From an archaeon (GTDB lineage: Archaea; Micrarchaeota; Micrarchaeia; Norongarragalinales; UBA97): a stretch of DNA of 64,000 bases. A program made the position numbers and the translations under genes. Positions 45,373 to 54,289 of the stretch are shown piece after piece. A model generated the notes under the pieces. That model was not told the DNA's origin. It did no database searches and saw nothing but the letters and a program-made list of their open reading frames with translations. Numbering within the stretch: the stretch's first letter is position 1; each line of letters opens with the position of its first letter. The stretch spans positions 1 through 64,000 of the forward strand of contig JAGVFW010000008.1 in assembly GCA_020057405.1 (NCBI GenBank). Reading direction: 5' to 3'.

Positions 45373-46111
45373 TGCTCTCCAAAAACTTTACTGCCAGGTT
45401 CTCGACGTCGTCGCTAGAACTGAGGCCCGCCCACTGCTGGCCGGGCTCGACTACGTTGACGACGACGATGTTGGCGCCGTTAAAACTGGCCGTCTGGGCC
45501 TCCTTGAGGTCAACGCCCCCGGCAGCGCTGATGAGCACGTCGAACTTGCTCTTCACGCGCTTGACGTGGCGGTAGCCGATGACTTTCCCGCGCGTGGACT
45601 CCTCGTCGCGGCCGCGGTGCAGGATGACTACCGAAGGTGCGTGGCGGACAAGCGGCCGCAGGACACCAAGCGGGTCGGCAACTCCAAGCATGTCAACCAT
45701 CGAGTCGACGCCAAGGGACTCGCAGGCAACTATGAAGCGCTCGACGGTCTCGATGGGCGCGCTGCCGAGAACCGTGACGCCGTTGGCGCCCGCCTGCGCA
45801 GCCATGGCTGCCTCAATTGCGCCGCCGTCAGCAGACTTGATGTCGGCAACAACGTAACCGCCCCACGCGCCTTTTATTTCAGAAATCGCGTTGGCGCCGA
45901 ATTCTTTTACAAGCGGCGTGCCGGCCTCGACGAGAATGCGCTCGTCGCGGGGCAAGTGCGGAATGATGGCGAGAGCCGAGTCTAGAGAGCCGTTGAATGC
46001 GATTTGAAGGTAGCGTTTGTTGCGCTCAAGGCGCGTGCCGGGCGAAAAACGACGGGACCCCAGGCCAGACCTGAGCCGGCCGAGGAGGGCTGCTGAGAGT
46101 TCCGAGCGCAT
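45365..46111 (-). CDS. 3-hexulose-6-phosphate synthase-like (OMPDC/HUMPS family)
   Basis: YLQIAF, LVEAGTPLVK, VVADIKSADGG, LHRGRDEE, AAGG. Confidence 0.88.
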   Translation of the reverse strand: MRSELSAALLGRLRSGLGSRRFSPGTRLERNKRYLQIAFNGSLDSALAIIPHLPRDERILVEAGTPLVKEFGANAISEIKGAWGGYVVADIKSADGGAIEAAMAAQAGANGVTVLGSAPIETVERFIVACESLGVDSMVDMLGVADPLGVLRPLVRHAPSVVILHRGRDEESTRGKVIGYRHVKRVKSKFDVLISAAGGVDLKEAQTASFNGANIVVVNVVEPGQQWAGLSSSDDVENLAVKFLESID

Positions 46112-46127
46112 CAACGCCACCGCACGC

Positions 46128-46913
46128 CTACTTTCGCGAATCCTTGCCGCCGGACAGCAGTTGCGTGACCGCACCGGCAAAGTCGGACGGCACGAGGATG
46201 ATGATTTTCTCGCTCGGGTCTGCCGCAATGTCGTTAATCGTCTGCAGCGTGCGCAGGTGGAGTGCGCCCGGAGCTGAGGAAAGCTCGAGTGCGGCCTTGC
46301 TGAGGCTCTTGGATGCGCTCAGTTCGCCCTCGGCCTTGATTATCATGGCACGGCGTTCGCGCTCGCTCTCCGCCTGCTTTGCCATCGCGCGCTTCATCTC
46401 GGCAGGCAACTCGATTTCCTGCACGTTGATGCCGGTGATGTCAACGCCCCAGTCGTCAGTGTCCTTCTCGACCACGCCCTGAATCGAGGCGGCAATATTG
46501 TCCGGGTCGGATAGAACCTCGTCAAGCTCGTTGCCGCCGACTACGTTGCGCAAGGCCGCCTGAGTGAGCTGGGCGACGGCGAAAGTGTAGTCCTCAATCT
46601 CGGTAACCGCGTCTTTTGCGTTCTTGACCTTGAAGTACACCACTGCGTTTACGAGCATTGGAACGTTGTCCTTGGTCATTATCTCCTGCTTCTCGACCTC
46701 GACGGTGCGTATGCGCATGTCAACGCGGATCATCGTCTGGATAACGGGAATGACGAAGTTGAGGCCGGGTTCAAGGGTTGCCGAGTACTTGCCGAGAGTC
46801 AGGACGACGCCCCGCTCCCACTGCGGAATGACCTTGATTGCCGAAAGCGCGATGATGAATGCGAAGAAGAGAATGCCGAATCCGCTGAAAATCAATTCCC
46901 ACACGACAACCAC
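46128..46913 (-). CDS. SPFH/band-7 (stomatin-like) protein
   Basis: WERGVVLTLGK, TKDNVP, AALRNVVG, WGV, MKRAMAKQAESERERRA, LRTLQT. Confidence 0.95.
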   Translation of the reverse strand: MVVVWELIFSGFGILFFAFIIALSAIKVIPQWERGVVLTLGKYSATLEPGLNFVIPVIQTMIRVDMRIRTVEVEKQEIMTKDNVPMLVNAVVYFKVKNAKDAVTEIEDYTFAVAQLTQAALRNVVGGNELDEVLSDPDNIAASIQGVVEKDTDDWGVDITGINVQEIELPAEMKRAMAKQAESERERRAMIIKAEGELSASKSLSKAALELSSAPGALHLRTLQTINDIAADPSEKIIILVPSDFAGAVTQLLSGGKDSRK

Positions 46914-47084
46914 CCGTCCACAATCACGGCAGGGAAGTTAAAAAAGGTTATTCGGGGGGCGGGAGGAAGCCCCATCGCCAGGGAGAAAGTAGTTTGTACG
47001 GCTAGCCTGATTGTTTGCATCTGGTACGCCTTTGCGCGCCAGCTAATGCAAGCGTTAAAAACCGCCTTAGAGTAAGCACTCTCG

Positions 47085-48017
47085 ATGGTTCTCGAATACC
47101 GGCTTGAGCCGACGAAAAAACAGCTAGTCATTGTCGCCAACGAGCGCTCGGGAAGGCCCCTTGTTTTCGGAAAGACTAAAGTCACCTGCCCGTTTGACAA
47201 GGGAGTCGAGAAAGTCACTCCGCCAACAAAGCTCGCCCTGCCGAATGAGAGGCAGTGGCGCACGCGCGTTTTCGACAACGCCTTTGCGTTTCTTAAGCGC
47301 CGTGGCAAGTTCAAACCGATGAAGCAAGGCGAGCTTTACTGGACTTCACCCGCTTTTGGCGACCATGAAGTAATTGTCGAGAGCGACGTGCACGGCGCGC
47401 TCTACCAAGAATTAGGGGACGAGCAACTCCAGCTCGTGCTCGAGACTTACCAAAAGCGCTTCCGCACTCTCTCGGCGCAAAAGGGCGTCGAGTGCACTTA
47501 CTTGTTCAAGAACCACGGGCAAAAGGCCGGGGCGAGCATCGACCACGAACACAGCCAGATTGTGACACTGCCGTTTGTCCCGCCCGTCATAAAGGAAGAG
47601 CTCGAGGCGAACAAGCGGGCCGGCACTTGCCTGCACTGCGCTCTCCTAAAGCGCGAGAAAAAGAACGTCTTGGCGAAGCAGGGCGCGTTCACTGCCGTGT
47701 GCCCCAGTTTCGCGCGGTTCCCGTTCGAGACGTGGATTGTGGCAAACGAGCACATCCGCAGCTTCACCGAGTTCTCTGCAGGGGACAACCGCGACTTCAT
47801 GCGCTTGTTGCGCGATGTCGTGGCAAGAGTCTACGGCGTGAGCCACGACTACAACGTTCTTTACCACAACTCGCCCCGCACCGGCGAATTGCACTTCCAC
47901 GCAGAAGTTTGCCCGCGGCCGAGCGTGTGGGCGGGCTTCGAGCTCGGAACTGGCGTATTGGTTAATCCAAAGAGCACTGAAGAGGCACTCGCGGCCCTGC
48001 GGGCAGTGCAAGTCTAA
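47085..48017 (+). CDS. galT: Galactose-1-phosphate uridylyltransferase-like HIT protein
   Basis: ERSGRP, CPF, HEVIVES, FKNHGQKAGASIDHEHSQ, AGFELGTG. Confidence 0.88.
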   Translation: MVLEYRLEPTKKQLVIVANERSGRPLVFGKTKVTCPFDKGVEKVTPPTKLALPNERQWRTRVFDNAFAFLKRRGKFKPMKQGELYWTSPAFGDHEVIVESDVHGALYQELGDEQLQLVLETYQKRFRTLSAQKGVECTYLFKNHGQKAGASIDHEHSQIVTLPFVPPVIKEELEANKRAGTCLHCALLKREKKNVLAKQGAFTAVCPSFARFPFETWIVANEHIRSFTEFSAGDNRDFMRLLRDVVARVYGVSHDYNVLYHNSPRTGELHFHAEVCPRPSVWAGFELGTGVLVNPKSTEEALAALRAVQV

Positions 48018-48061
48018 GTCTAACCCCCCCCCCCCGAATCTAGCGCCCGGGCTAAGGGATT

Positions 48062-48092
48062 GAAAAATAAAAGAGGGGGGTTTGAATCCCCT
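48062..48092 (-). terminator. Hairpin plus T-tract terminator after ssb
   Basis: Minus strand GGGGATTCAAACCCCCCTCTTTTATTTTTC just downstream of the ssb stop. Confidence 0.55.
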
Positions 48093-48107
48093 AAATTCAG
48101 AAAGAGT

Positions 48108-48392
48108 TTAGATCGAGCTTATCTTGCCGAACTTGCCTAAGGTGAGCTGGATCTTGTCCTGCCACGTGTTGACGTAGCCGTTCTCAATCTTCACTTTGGC
48201 GCCTTCGCTGACTTTCTCGATGTTCTCGTTCCAGAGGGCGAGCACGATGGTGCCCGTCTCGTCACGGAGGGTGACGTCGGCAACGCGGAGGTCGCGGCCG
48301 TACTTGTTGATGACGCGGGGCTCGCTAATGCTTGCCACTTCGGCTTCGAGCATTACATTGCCGGTTCCGGGCTTGAGGTCTGATATTTTCAT
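48108..48392 (-). CDS. ssb: Single-OB-fold single-stranded DNA-binding protein
   Basis: MKISDLKPG...VAD...DETGTI.L.LW...IENGY...LTLGKFG; AGGTG SD. Confidence 0.92.
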   Translation of the reverse strand: MKISDLKPGTGNVMLEAEVASISEPRVINKYGRDLRVADVTLRDETGTIVLALWNENIEKVSEGAKVKIENGYVNTWQDKIQLTLGKFGKISSI

Positions 48393-48539
48393 TTCACATG
48401 CACCTATATTGCGTTTTAACAGGCGTATGGCGCACAAGGGGTATTTCTTCAAACGCTCTTAGAAAGAGGCTCTCGAAAACCCAGGTTTTGCTCTTCCACC
48501 TGACTAAGAAATTATGGAAAAGCGCGTATTTAAGGCTTG

Positions 48540-48983
48540 TCAGGGCGCCTTTCCGAGGATGGCGTCGTGGAGGGCCCGAAATGCCGCGTTTATTTTGACG
48601 TCATTTTTTGGCTTACCCAACTCGGCCTCAATTGCGTCTATTTTGCTTAAGTGCTTTGCGTCAAAAGAGAGGGTGGGGACTATTGCAGTCACGGAATAGC
48701 CGTAAAACGATTTTCCGCCAGCCTTATTGCTGATTTCCTTGCCAACGCCTTCAGGCAGCATGTCTAAGAGTATTCGCCTGATGCGGTCCCGCTCGGCCTT
48801 TGCAACGCGCTTAGTATTCATACTGGCAAGAATTGAAATGCCCCAGTGGTTTGGATCCTCGACAGTCGGCTCCATGACGAAATTATAAGTCCTGGGCAAG
48901 TTGCTAACCGGCCCTTTTTTCCCGTAGTGCAGAACGAATCCCTTGTCCTGAAGTCTTCTGAAAATTTCAGCTAAAGGTTTCAT
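48540..48983 (-). CDS. Orphan hypothetical protein
   Basis: 147-aa ORF abutting the aminopeptidase stop; AT-richer codons. Confidence 0.6.
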   Translation of the reverse strand: MKPLAEIFRRLQDKGFVLHYGKKGPVSNLPRTYNFVMEPTVEDPNHWGISILASMNTKRVAKAERDRIRRILLDMLPEGVGKEISNKAGGKSFYGYSVTAIVPTLSFDAKHLSKIDAIEAELGKPKNDVKINAAFRALHDAILGKAP

Positions 48984-50303
48984 CTACCAAACCGGCCTCC
49001 CGCCCTTCATCACGGCCTTGCCATCAACCCAAAGGACGCCCTTTCGCATGTCTTTGACCATGTCAAGATGGCCTGAGGCCTTGTTTTTGCCGTGGTAACT
49101 GCCAGTGTTGTTGCCAATTGCGAGGTGAATCGTGCCTGCAATCTTCTCGTCGGTAAGGATGTAGCCGCTGTATTTCGCCGACAGGTTGGCGCCGATGCCG
49201 AGCTCGGCAAGCACGCGCGTGCTGGGAGTGTTTTCCTTAAGATAGTTGGCAAAGTGCTTGACGTTCTGGCGGGCCTTGAAGGAAACCACGCGGCCTCCCT
49301 TGAAAGTCAGCTGCAACCCATCGACAAAGCCGTGGCCGTCGACGTGAATCCTGTCGAACTTGATGATGCCGTTTGCTGTCGTCTCAAGAGGCGAGATGAA
49401 GGACTCGCCGCTTGGCAGGTTTAGGCCAAAATCGCCGAGTTCGGGCTCCATGTAGCCTGCGTCCTTTAGGGGCGGGCGGCCCTTGACTGAAAACGACAGG
49501 TCGCTGCCGTCGGCGTGCGTGATGCGCACCGCATCACCGCCCTCAAGCGAAGCGTAGTAGTACTCGACTAGCTTGCGCGTGCGCGGGGAAAAGCTCTCGG
49601 CAAGCGAGGCGAACACCATTTTCTCAAACCACTTTGCCGGCACGCCGAAGCCCTTGGCGGTCATGGCGAAGGGCCAGCCGAGGTAGAGCCACCTGACTTT
49701 GCGGCTGTCGAGAATCTCGTGGGCCTTCTGGCCATTTGCCTGGCCGGCCTTGAGTTTCGAGAGTGGCAAGCCGCGCTTCCAGTGCGGGTCGTCCTCGTTC
49801 TCTAGGTAAATTGTCACGTCAACGGTCTTCATCGACGCTCCGGCCATTTCCGGCCAGTCCTCAAGCGCTTCGACGCTCTTGGCAGTCATCAGGTCGTGGC
49901 TCAATGCCGAGTAGTCGCAAGTCCAGCTTACGTGAGCACCACGCTTGGCAGCGGCGAGGATAATCTCCTTTGCCAGGGGCCAGTTGTCGGGATGGTAGCG
50001 CAGGCGCACGGCCTCGCCAATCCGAGGGCGCACTAGGAACTTGGCACCGCGCTTTGAGAGAAGCGGGCCGTAGTCGGGCTTCTGCAATTCGGCGATTGCG
50101 GCAGGCGAAAAACCTTTTGCGCGCAATTGTTTTTCGGACAAGAGTTTGCCGTCAAATTCCTCGAAGAACTTCTCCGCCGAGCGCAAGTGCTTTTTCGCCA
50201 TTGCCACGCCGTGTGAGTTCCACTTGCGGCCTATTAGCATTGCGGAAACAGTTTTCTCTGCGATGAATCGGATTTCTGAAGCTGAAGGCATAGGCAAAAC
50301 CAC
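48984..50303 (-). CDS. M29 (AmpS/AmpT-type) aminopeptidase
   Basis: NLPSGESFISP, LAELGIG, LTDEKIAGTIHLAIG, SGHLDMV. Confidence 0.92.
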   Translation of the reverse strand: MVLPMPSASEIRFIAEKTVSAMLIGRKWNSHGVAMAKKHLRSAEKFFEEFDGKLLSEKQLRAKGFSPAAIAELQKPDYGPLLSKRGAKFLVRPRIGEAVRLRYHPDNWPLAKEIILAAAKRGAHVSWTCDYSALSHDLMTAKSVEALEDWPEMAGASMKTVDVTIYLENEDDPHWKRGLPLSKLKAGQANGQKAHEILDSRKVRWLYLGWPFAMTAKGFGVPAKWFEKMVFASLAESFSPRTRKLVEYYYASLEGGDAVRITHADGSDLSFSVKGRPPLKDAGYMEPELGDFGLNLPSGESFISPLETTANGIIKFDRIHVDGHGFVDGLQLTFKGGRVVSFKARQNVKHFANYLKENTPSTRVLAELGIGANLSAKYSGYILTDEKIAGTIHLAIGNNTGSYHGKNKASGHLDMVKDMRKGVLWVDGKAVMKGGRPVW

Positions 50304-50340
50304 CCGACACTATTTTATGCTGGCGGCTAATAAGCATTGC

Positions 50341-51360
50341 ATGAAGTTCGACTTTGGCAAACGGCTGGCGCGGCTTCAAAAGTTTGTCGAAAAGCGCAAC
50401 TGCGCGGCCGTGCTTACCGCCGCCGAAGGCTTTGACGCCAACGCGTACTACTACAGTGGTGACGAGACGTTCCCGACAACGCTCGTCGTCACGCCGGATT
50501 ACGCCGGCATTTACACCATGCACCCGTCTGACTTCGGGAGCCTCTTTGACGAGGCCATGGGCCTCCCGGAGCTGCGCAAGGGCCTTGGGAAAAAACTTAA
50601 AGAGCTCAAGGTGAAGGCCATCGGAGTTGACGACAACTCAGCTTCCGCAGGTGTTTTCCTGCGCGCGCAAAAGCGGCTTGGCGTTAAGCTGCTGCCAATC
50701 GGCAACGAGCTTGCGCAAGAGCGCCTCATCAAGGAACCGGCTGAAATAAAGTGCATCCGCGAGGCGGGACGGATTTCAGTTGCGGCAGTCAAGGGGTTTG
50801 GCAGCGGCTACTTTTCCGGCAAGACCGAAAACGCAGTCACTGGTGAAATGGAACTGCGGGCAAGGAAGATGGGCGCTGCGCTTGACGCTTTTCCCACCAT
50901 GGTACTTAGCGGGGCGCGGAGCGCGTTTTTCCACAACCACACTTCAAACAAGAGAATCGGTCGCAGCGAAGCGGTGTTGATTGACTGGGGCGGCCGCTTT
51001 GAGCACTACTGCAGCGACCATTCGCGCACTTACTACGACGGCAGGGACAAGCAGCTAAAGGACGCGATTGAGGCGACGGTCGAATCGAAGAAGGCTGCCG
51101 AGAAGCTCGCGAAAGTGGATGCCGACGGCAAGAAGATTGCCGATGCCGCGGAGAAAGTCATCGGGGAGTACGGATTTGGCGAGTGGTCGTTCCGCAAGAC
51201 TGGCCTGGCACTCGGGCATTTTGTCGGCCTTGATGTCCATGACGCTGGCGTTGGCTTTGAACGCACTAAACTAAGGCGCGGAATGGCGTTTACGATTGAG
51301 CCCGGCGTCTACATCCCCGGCAAGTTCGGCGTGCGGTTCGAGGACACGTACTGTCTTTGA
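50341..51360 (+). CDS. M24 Xaa-Pro peptidase
   Basis: RLIKEPAEI, LIDWG, YCSDHSRT, LGHFVGLDVHD, TIEPGVY, GVRFED. Confidence 0.94.
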   Translation: MKFDFGKRLARLQKFVEKRNCAAVLTAAEGFDANAYYYSGDETFPTTLVVTPDYAGIYTMHPSDFGSLFDEAMGLPELRKGLGKKLKELKVKAIGVDDNSASAGVFLRAQKRLGVKLLPIGNELAQERLIKEPAEIKCIREAGRISVAAVKGFGSGYFSGKTENAVTGEMELRARKMGAALDAFPTMVLSGARSAFFHNHTSNKRIGRSEAVLIDWGGRFEHYCSDHSRTYYDGRDKQLKDAIEATVESKKAAEKLAKVDADGKKIADAAEKVIGEYGFGEWSFRKTGLALGHFVGLDVHDAGVGFERTKLRRGMAFTIEPGVYIPGKFGVRFEDTYCL

Positions 51361-51516
51361 AAATGCCGCTTGAAAACGCGGGTTTTTCCTCTAAAAAAAC
51401 GAGTCCGGCAAGTGACTGAAGTTGCTTTAAAACCCTTTGGCGTCGGGTTTGCTTTATAAGCGTTTTTTGGGTTAATTACTCTAGATTTGCACTTAAGGGA
51501 GAGGGTGGTTCGGGAT

Positions 51517-51975
51517 ATGGAAATGACTCAGGAAGCTGTGGCGTCACAACAACTAGTTGAAGCTATTGAAGAGAATGAAGTCGAGGACGACGAGAGCGAA
51601 CACCTGCCTTTCCCCAACGCGCGCGTCGTGCGAATCATCAAGGGCAACTTAAAGAAAGAACACCAGCTAAAGCGCGACGTGAAAGTCGCCGCCAACATCC
51701 TCGTCGGCGAGATTCTTTCCGACATCGCGCAGAGCATGGACCACGAGGAGTACTTCACCCTTAGCATCGAGCACTTCAACCGCGCGGCCCGCAAGTACCG
51801 CGAGATTGCGCTTAACCAAAAGCGAATCCGCCGCATCCAGAAGGTTCTTGAGAAGCAGCGCGCCGAGCTTGACGAGATTGTCACTGAAATCGAGCTTGAA
51901 GCCAACCCCGAAGCGACGTTAACGCCTGGGCAGATGGCCTCAATGGATTCAAGGCAATCCGGGCAAACCGTTTAA
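51517..51975 (+). CDS. Histone-fold protein with acidic N-terminus and C-terminal coiled coil
   Basis: LPFPNARVVRIIK...VKVAANILVGEILSDIAQ...TLSIEHF, followed by a long heptad helix. Confidence 0.75.
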   Translation: MEMTQEAVASQQLVEAIEENEVEDDESEHLPFPNARVVRIIKGNLKKEHQLKRDVKVAANILVGEILSDIAQSMDHEEYFTLSIEHFNRAARKYREIALNQKRIRRIQKVLEKQRAELDEIVTEIELEANPEATLTPGQMASMDSRQSGQTV

Positions 51976-51985
51976 GGAACAATTT

Positions 51986-52873
51986 ATGTCCCAGCGTTTG
52001 GACGCAGTGGCAACAGCCGACCCTAAGCTAGCGGGACGCAGGCAATACAGCGGCACGCAAAGCAAGGAAGTAAGCGCGCTTGCCCGCGAGAACTCCGCAC
52101 TGATTACGGAATTCCGCACTCTGCTCGTCAAGGCCAAGCTATTGCGCGCCGAACGCGACTTGCTTAACGCAAGAGTGCCGGAACTTCGCGCCAAGAAAAA
52201 CGACTTGCTTGGAAAGCTGAAGACCATCACCGCCAGCCTGCGCGAGGCACGCGAGAAGGCCGGCGTGGAAAAGGAGCCGGAACCCCAGCCCCGAGGAAAG
52301 GAGAAGGGACCGACTTACGGACAGCTTTTCACCGAACTCGAGCGGCTAGAGTGGGAGCAGATGACCGAAGCGCTCTCGATAAAGGATGGAAAAGCGCTTG
52401 AGAAAAAAATCCGCGAGCTAAGAAAGCAGATGCCGGTAGTGTCAAAGGGCGCTGCTGCCCGCTCGCAAGTGCGCGTGTTGTCAAAGGAACTGCGGCCCGT
52501 CAAGATAGAGCTCGACAAGGTGCGGACCGAGTTTGACGGGGTGCGAAAAGAGTCGGACGCCAAGCACGAGGAGGCAATGGCGCTCTCGAAGAAGGCCGAC
52601 GGGATTGGAAAGAAGATTGGAGCGAACATCAAGGTACTTGACGAAAAACGGCAGGCTGAAGGCGAGGAGCGAAAGCAGTTCGGCGAGAGGCTCAAGGTCG
52701 TCATGACTGCCGAGGAACGCGAGGAGAAGGAGCGCCACCAGAAGAAACGCCGCGAGCACGACAAGCGCGCTGCGCAAGTCAAGGCGATGGCGGAAAAAGT
52801 CCGCGAGAAAATGAAGGCCGGCGGCAAGCTCTCGATGGAAGAATTCCAGATATTACAGCAGACTGGCGAGTAG
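51986..52873 (+). CDS. Archaeal coiled-coil protein
   Basis: ERDLLNARV, LERLEWEQMTEALS, KSDAKHEE-like segment, GGKLSMEEF. Confidence 0.8.
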   Translation: MSQRLDAVATADPKLAGRRQYSGTQSKEVSALARENSALITEFRTLLVKAKLLRAERDLLNARVPELRAKKNDLLGKLKTITASLREAREKAGVEKEPEPQPRGKEKGPTYGQLFTELERLEWEQMTEALSIKDGKALEKKIRELRKQMPVVSKGAAARSQVRVLSKELRPVKIELDKVRTEFDGVRKESDAKHEEAMALSKKADGIGKKIGANIKVLDEKRQAEGEERKQFGERLKVVMTAEEREEKERHQKKRREHDKRAAQVKAMAEKVREKMKAGGKLSMEEFQILQQTGE

Positions 52874-53476
52874 CTAGGCTAGTTTTATTTTATTGTCAAG
52901 CAACAGCGCGTGCAAAATCGGGCCACTCGAGTAATGGTGTCTGAATGCGCTTTCAATTAGGTCAAGTTCGCCGGCAGGTAGTGCGTCGGACTTTGACTCT
53001 ACCGCTTGCTTGATGCTTTGGTCAATTAAATGGTCTACAGCAAGTGGCGCGTATCCCCTGACATCCTCGGCAAAAAACGGCTGATCAACGATTTTCTCGC
53101 GCCATTCCTTCACCCAAGCCCGATCTTTTCGGTCAAAATTCTCGTTCAAATAACTAGCTATTCTTTCGGAAATGTCCCGGACGTGCTCTTCATTGCGCGC
53201 TAATACTACCCGATTTTTTCGCTCGTCTTTCATCTTGTCGCGTCTGAACATCTGGTCGGCTTGATTTCCATCCACCCCAAAGAGCTTGGCTGCATTCATT
53301 CGCGCCTGTGCGGCGTTCTTGACATCCCCACCAACCATGAAGTAAATTGACGCCAAGCGCGCTGCCCGAAATTTTTCAGAAGCGTCAAGCTTTTTGGCAC
53401 GAGCAATTACCATTAGCCGGTCGCCAGCGCCAAGGCTGCCTGAGCGGGGTTCCGGTAGCTTGCGTTTGAATAGCAT
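52874..53476 (-). CDS. Orphan hypothetical protein
   Basis: 200-aa ORF with basic N-terminus MLFKRKLP; AT-richer codons; TATA-like TTTTAAG upstream. Confidence 0.65.
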   Translation of the reverse strand: MLFKRKLPEPRSGSLGAGDRLMVIARAKKLDASEKFRAARLASIYFMVGGDVKNAAQARMNAAKLFGVDGNQADQMFRRDKMKDERKNRVVLARNEEHVRDISERIASYLNENFDRKDRAWVKEWREKIVDQPFFAEDVRGYAPLAVDHLIDQSIKQAVESKSDALPAGELDLIESAFRHHYSSGPILHALLLDNKIKLA

Positions 53477-53507
53477 GAGAAAAAGATTAATGAATTGCCT
53501 TAAAACG

Positions 53508-54209
53508 CTACCGTGAATGCTTCACGCCAACCCTTGGGCAGTCCCTTGCAAGCGGGCAGCGGCTGCAGAAAGGCGAGACCGGCACGCAAGTCTTCTGGCC
53601 GTGCAAGACGAAAAGCTCGTTTACCGCTAGCCAATCCTTTTCGGGCAACAATTTCATCAAGGCTAACTCTGTCTTCGCGGGAGTTTTCGTCTCAATTAAA
53701 CCCAACCGGTTGCTTACTTCGTGCACGTGCGAGTCAACAGGAATGGCAGGCAACTCGTGGGCATAGACCATGACGCAACCGGCAGTCTTTCGGCCAACGC
53801 CGGTTAGTGACGTAAGCTCGTCCATGGAGTTAGGCACTACACCGCCGAAATTTTCAAGCAGCTCTTGGCTGCACTTTTTCACGTACTTTGCCTTGGTGCG
53901 GTAGAAGCCGACGGGCTTGATGAGCTTTTGGATGGCGGCGACGGGAGCGGCGGCCAGTTTTTGTGGAGTGGGATATTTTGCAATTAGCGCGTCAGTTGCA
54001 ATTTCTGTTCTTTCATCTTTGGTTCTGTGGGATAAAATAGTTCCAATCAAGATGCGGAATGCCTTCAGGTTGTCGCCAACTCGTTCTTTCTTGGCAGTGT
54101 CGCTTACGCGCTGCAAGTGAGTCAGGTCAACAGAGTAAAGTTTGGAGAGCTTGGCGAGGGCGGCTTGGCCGCGCGAACGGCGGGCGAAAACTGAATCCAC
54201 GCAAATCAA
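53508..54209 (-). CDS. nth: Endonuclease III
   Basis: ILSHRTKD, HhH LTGVGRKTA, IPVDSHV, [4Fe-4S] motif CVPVSPFCSRCPLARDC. Confidence 0.95.
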   Translation of the reverse strand: MICVDSVFARRSRGQAALAKLSKLYSVDLTHLQRVSDTAKKERVGDNLKAFRILIGTILSHRTKDERTEIATDALIAKYPTPQKLAAAPVAAIQKLIKPVGFYRTKAKYVKKCSQELLENFGGVVPNSMDELTSLTGVGRKTAGCVMVYAHELPAIPVDSHVHEVSNRLGLIETKTPAKTELALMKLLPEKDWLAVNELFVLHGQKTCVPVSPFCSRCPLARDCPRVGVKHSR

Positions 54210-54289
54210 ATGAGCAAGCGCAAATAAACCCTTAACGACTCCCGTCGTAGTCGGTTACGCTTATATTCATGGAGTTGGTTCATAGTCTA

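Noticed and set aside
46955-46990. GGCGATGG on the minus strand resembling a fluoride riboswitch start
   Set aside because: The pairing partner and downstream conserved elements are missing, and it lies upstream of the apparent TATA box of the SPFH gene.
48024-48035. C12 homopolymer (also C9 at 21443-21451) as a phase-variation tract
   Set aside because: Both lie after stop codons between convergent genes, so length changes would not alter a reading frame or promoter.
51361-51516. Intergenic gaps checked for tRNA or other stable RNAs (also 42706-42817 and 46914-47084)
   Set aside because: No cloverleaf, T-loop or C/D box pattern found by eye.
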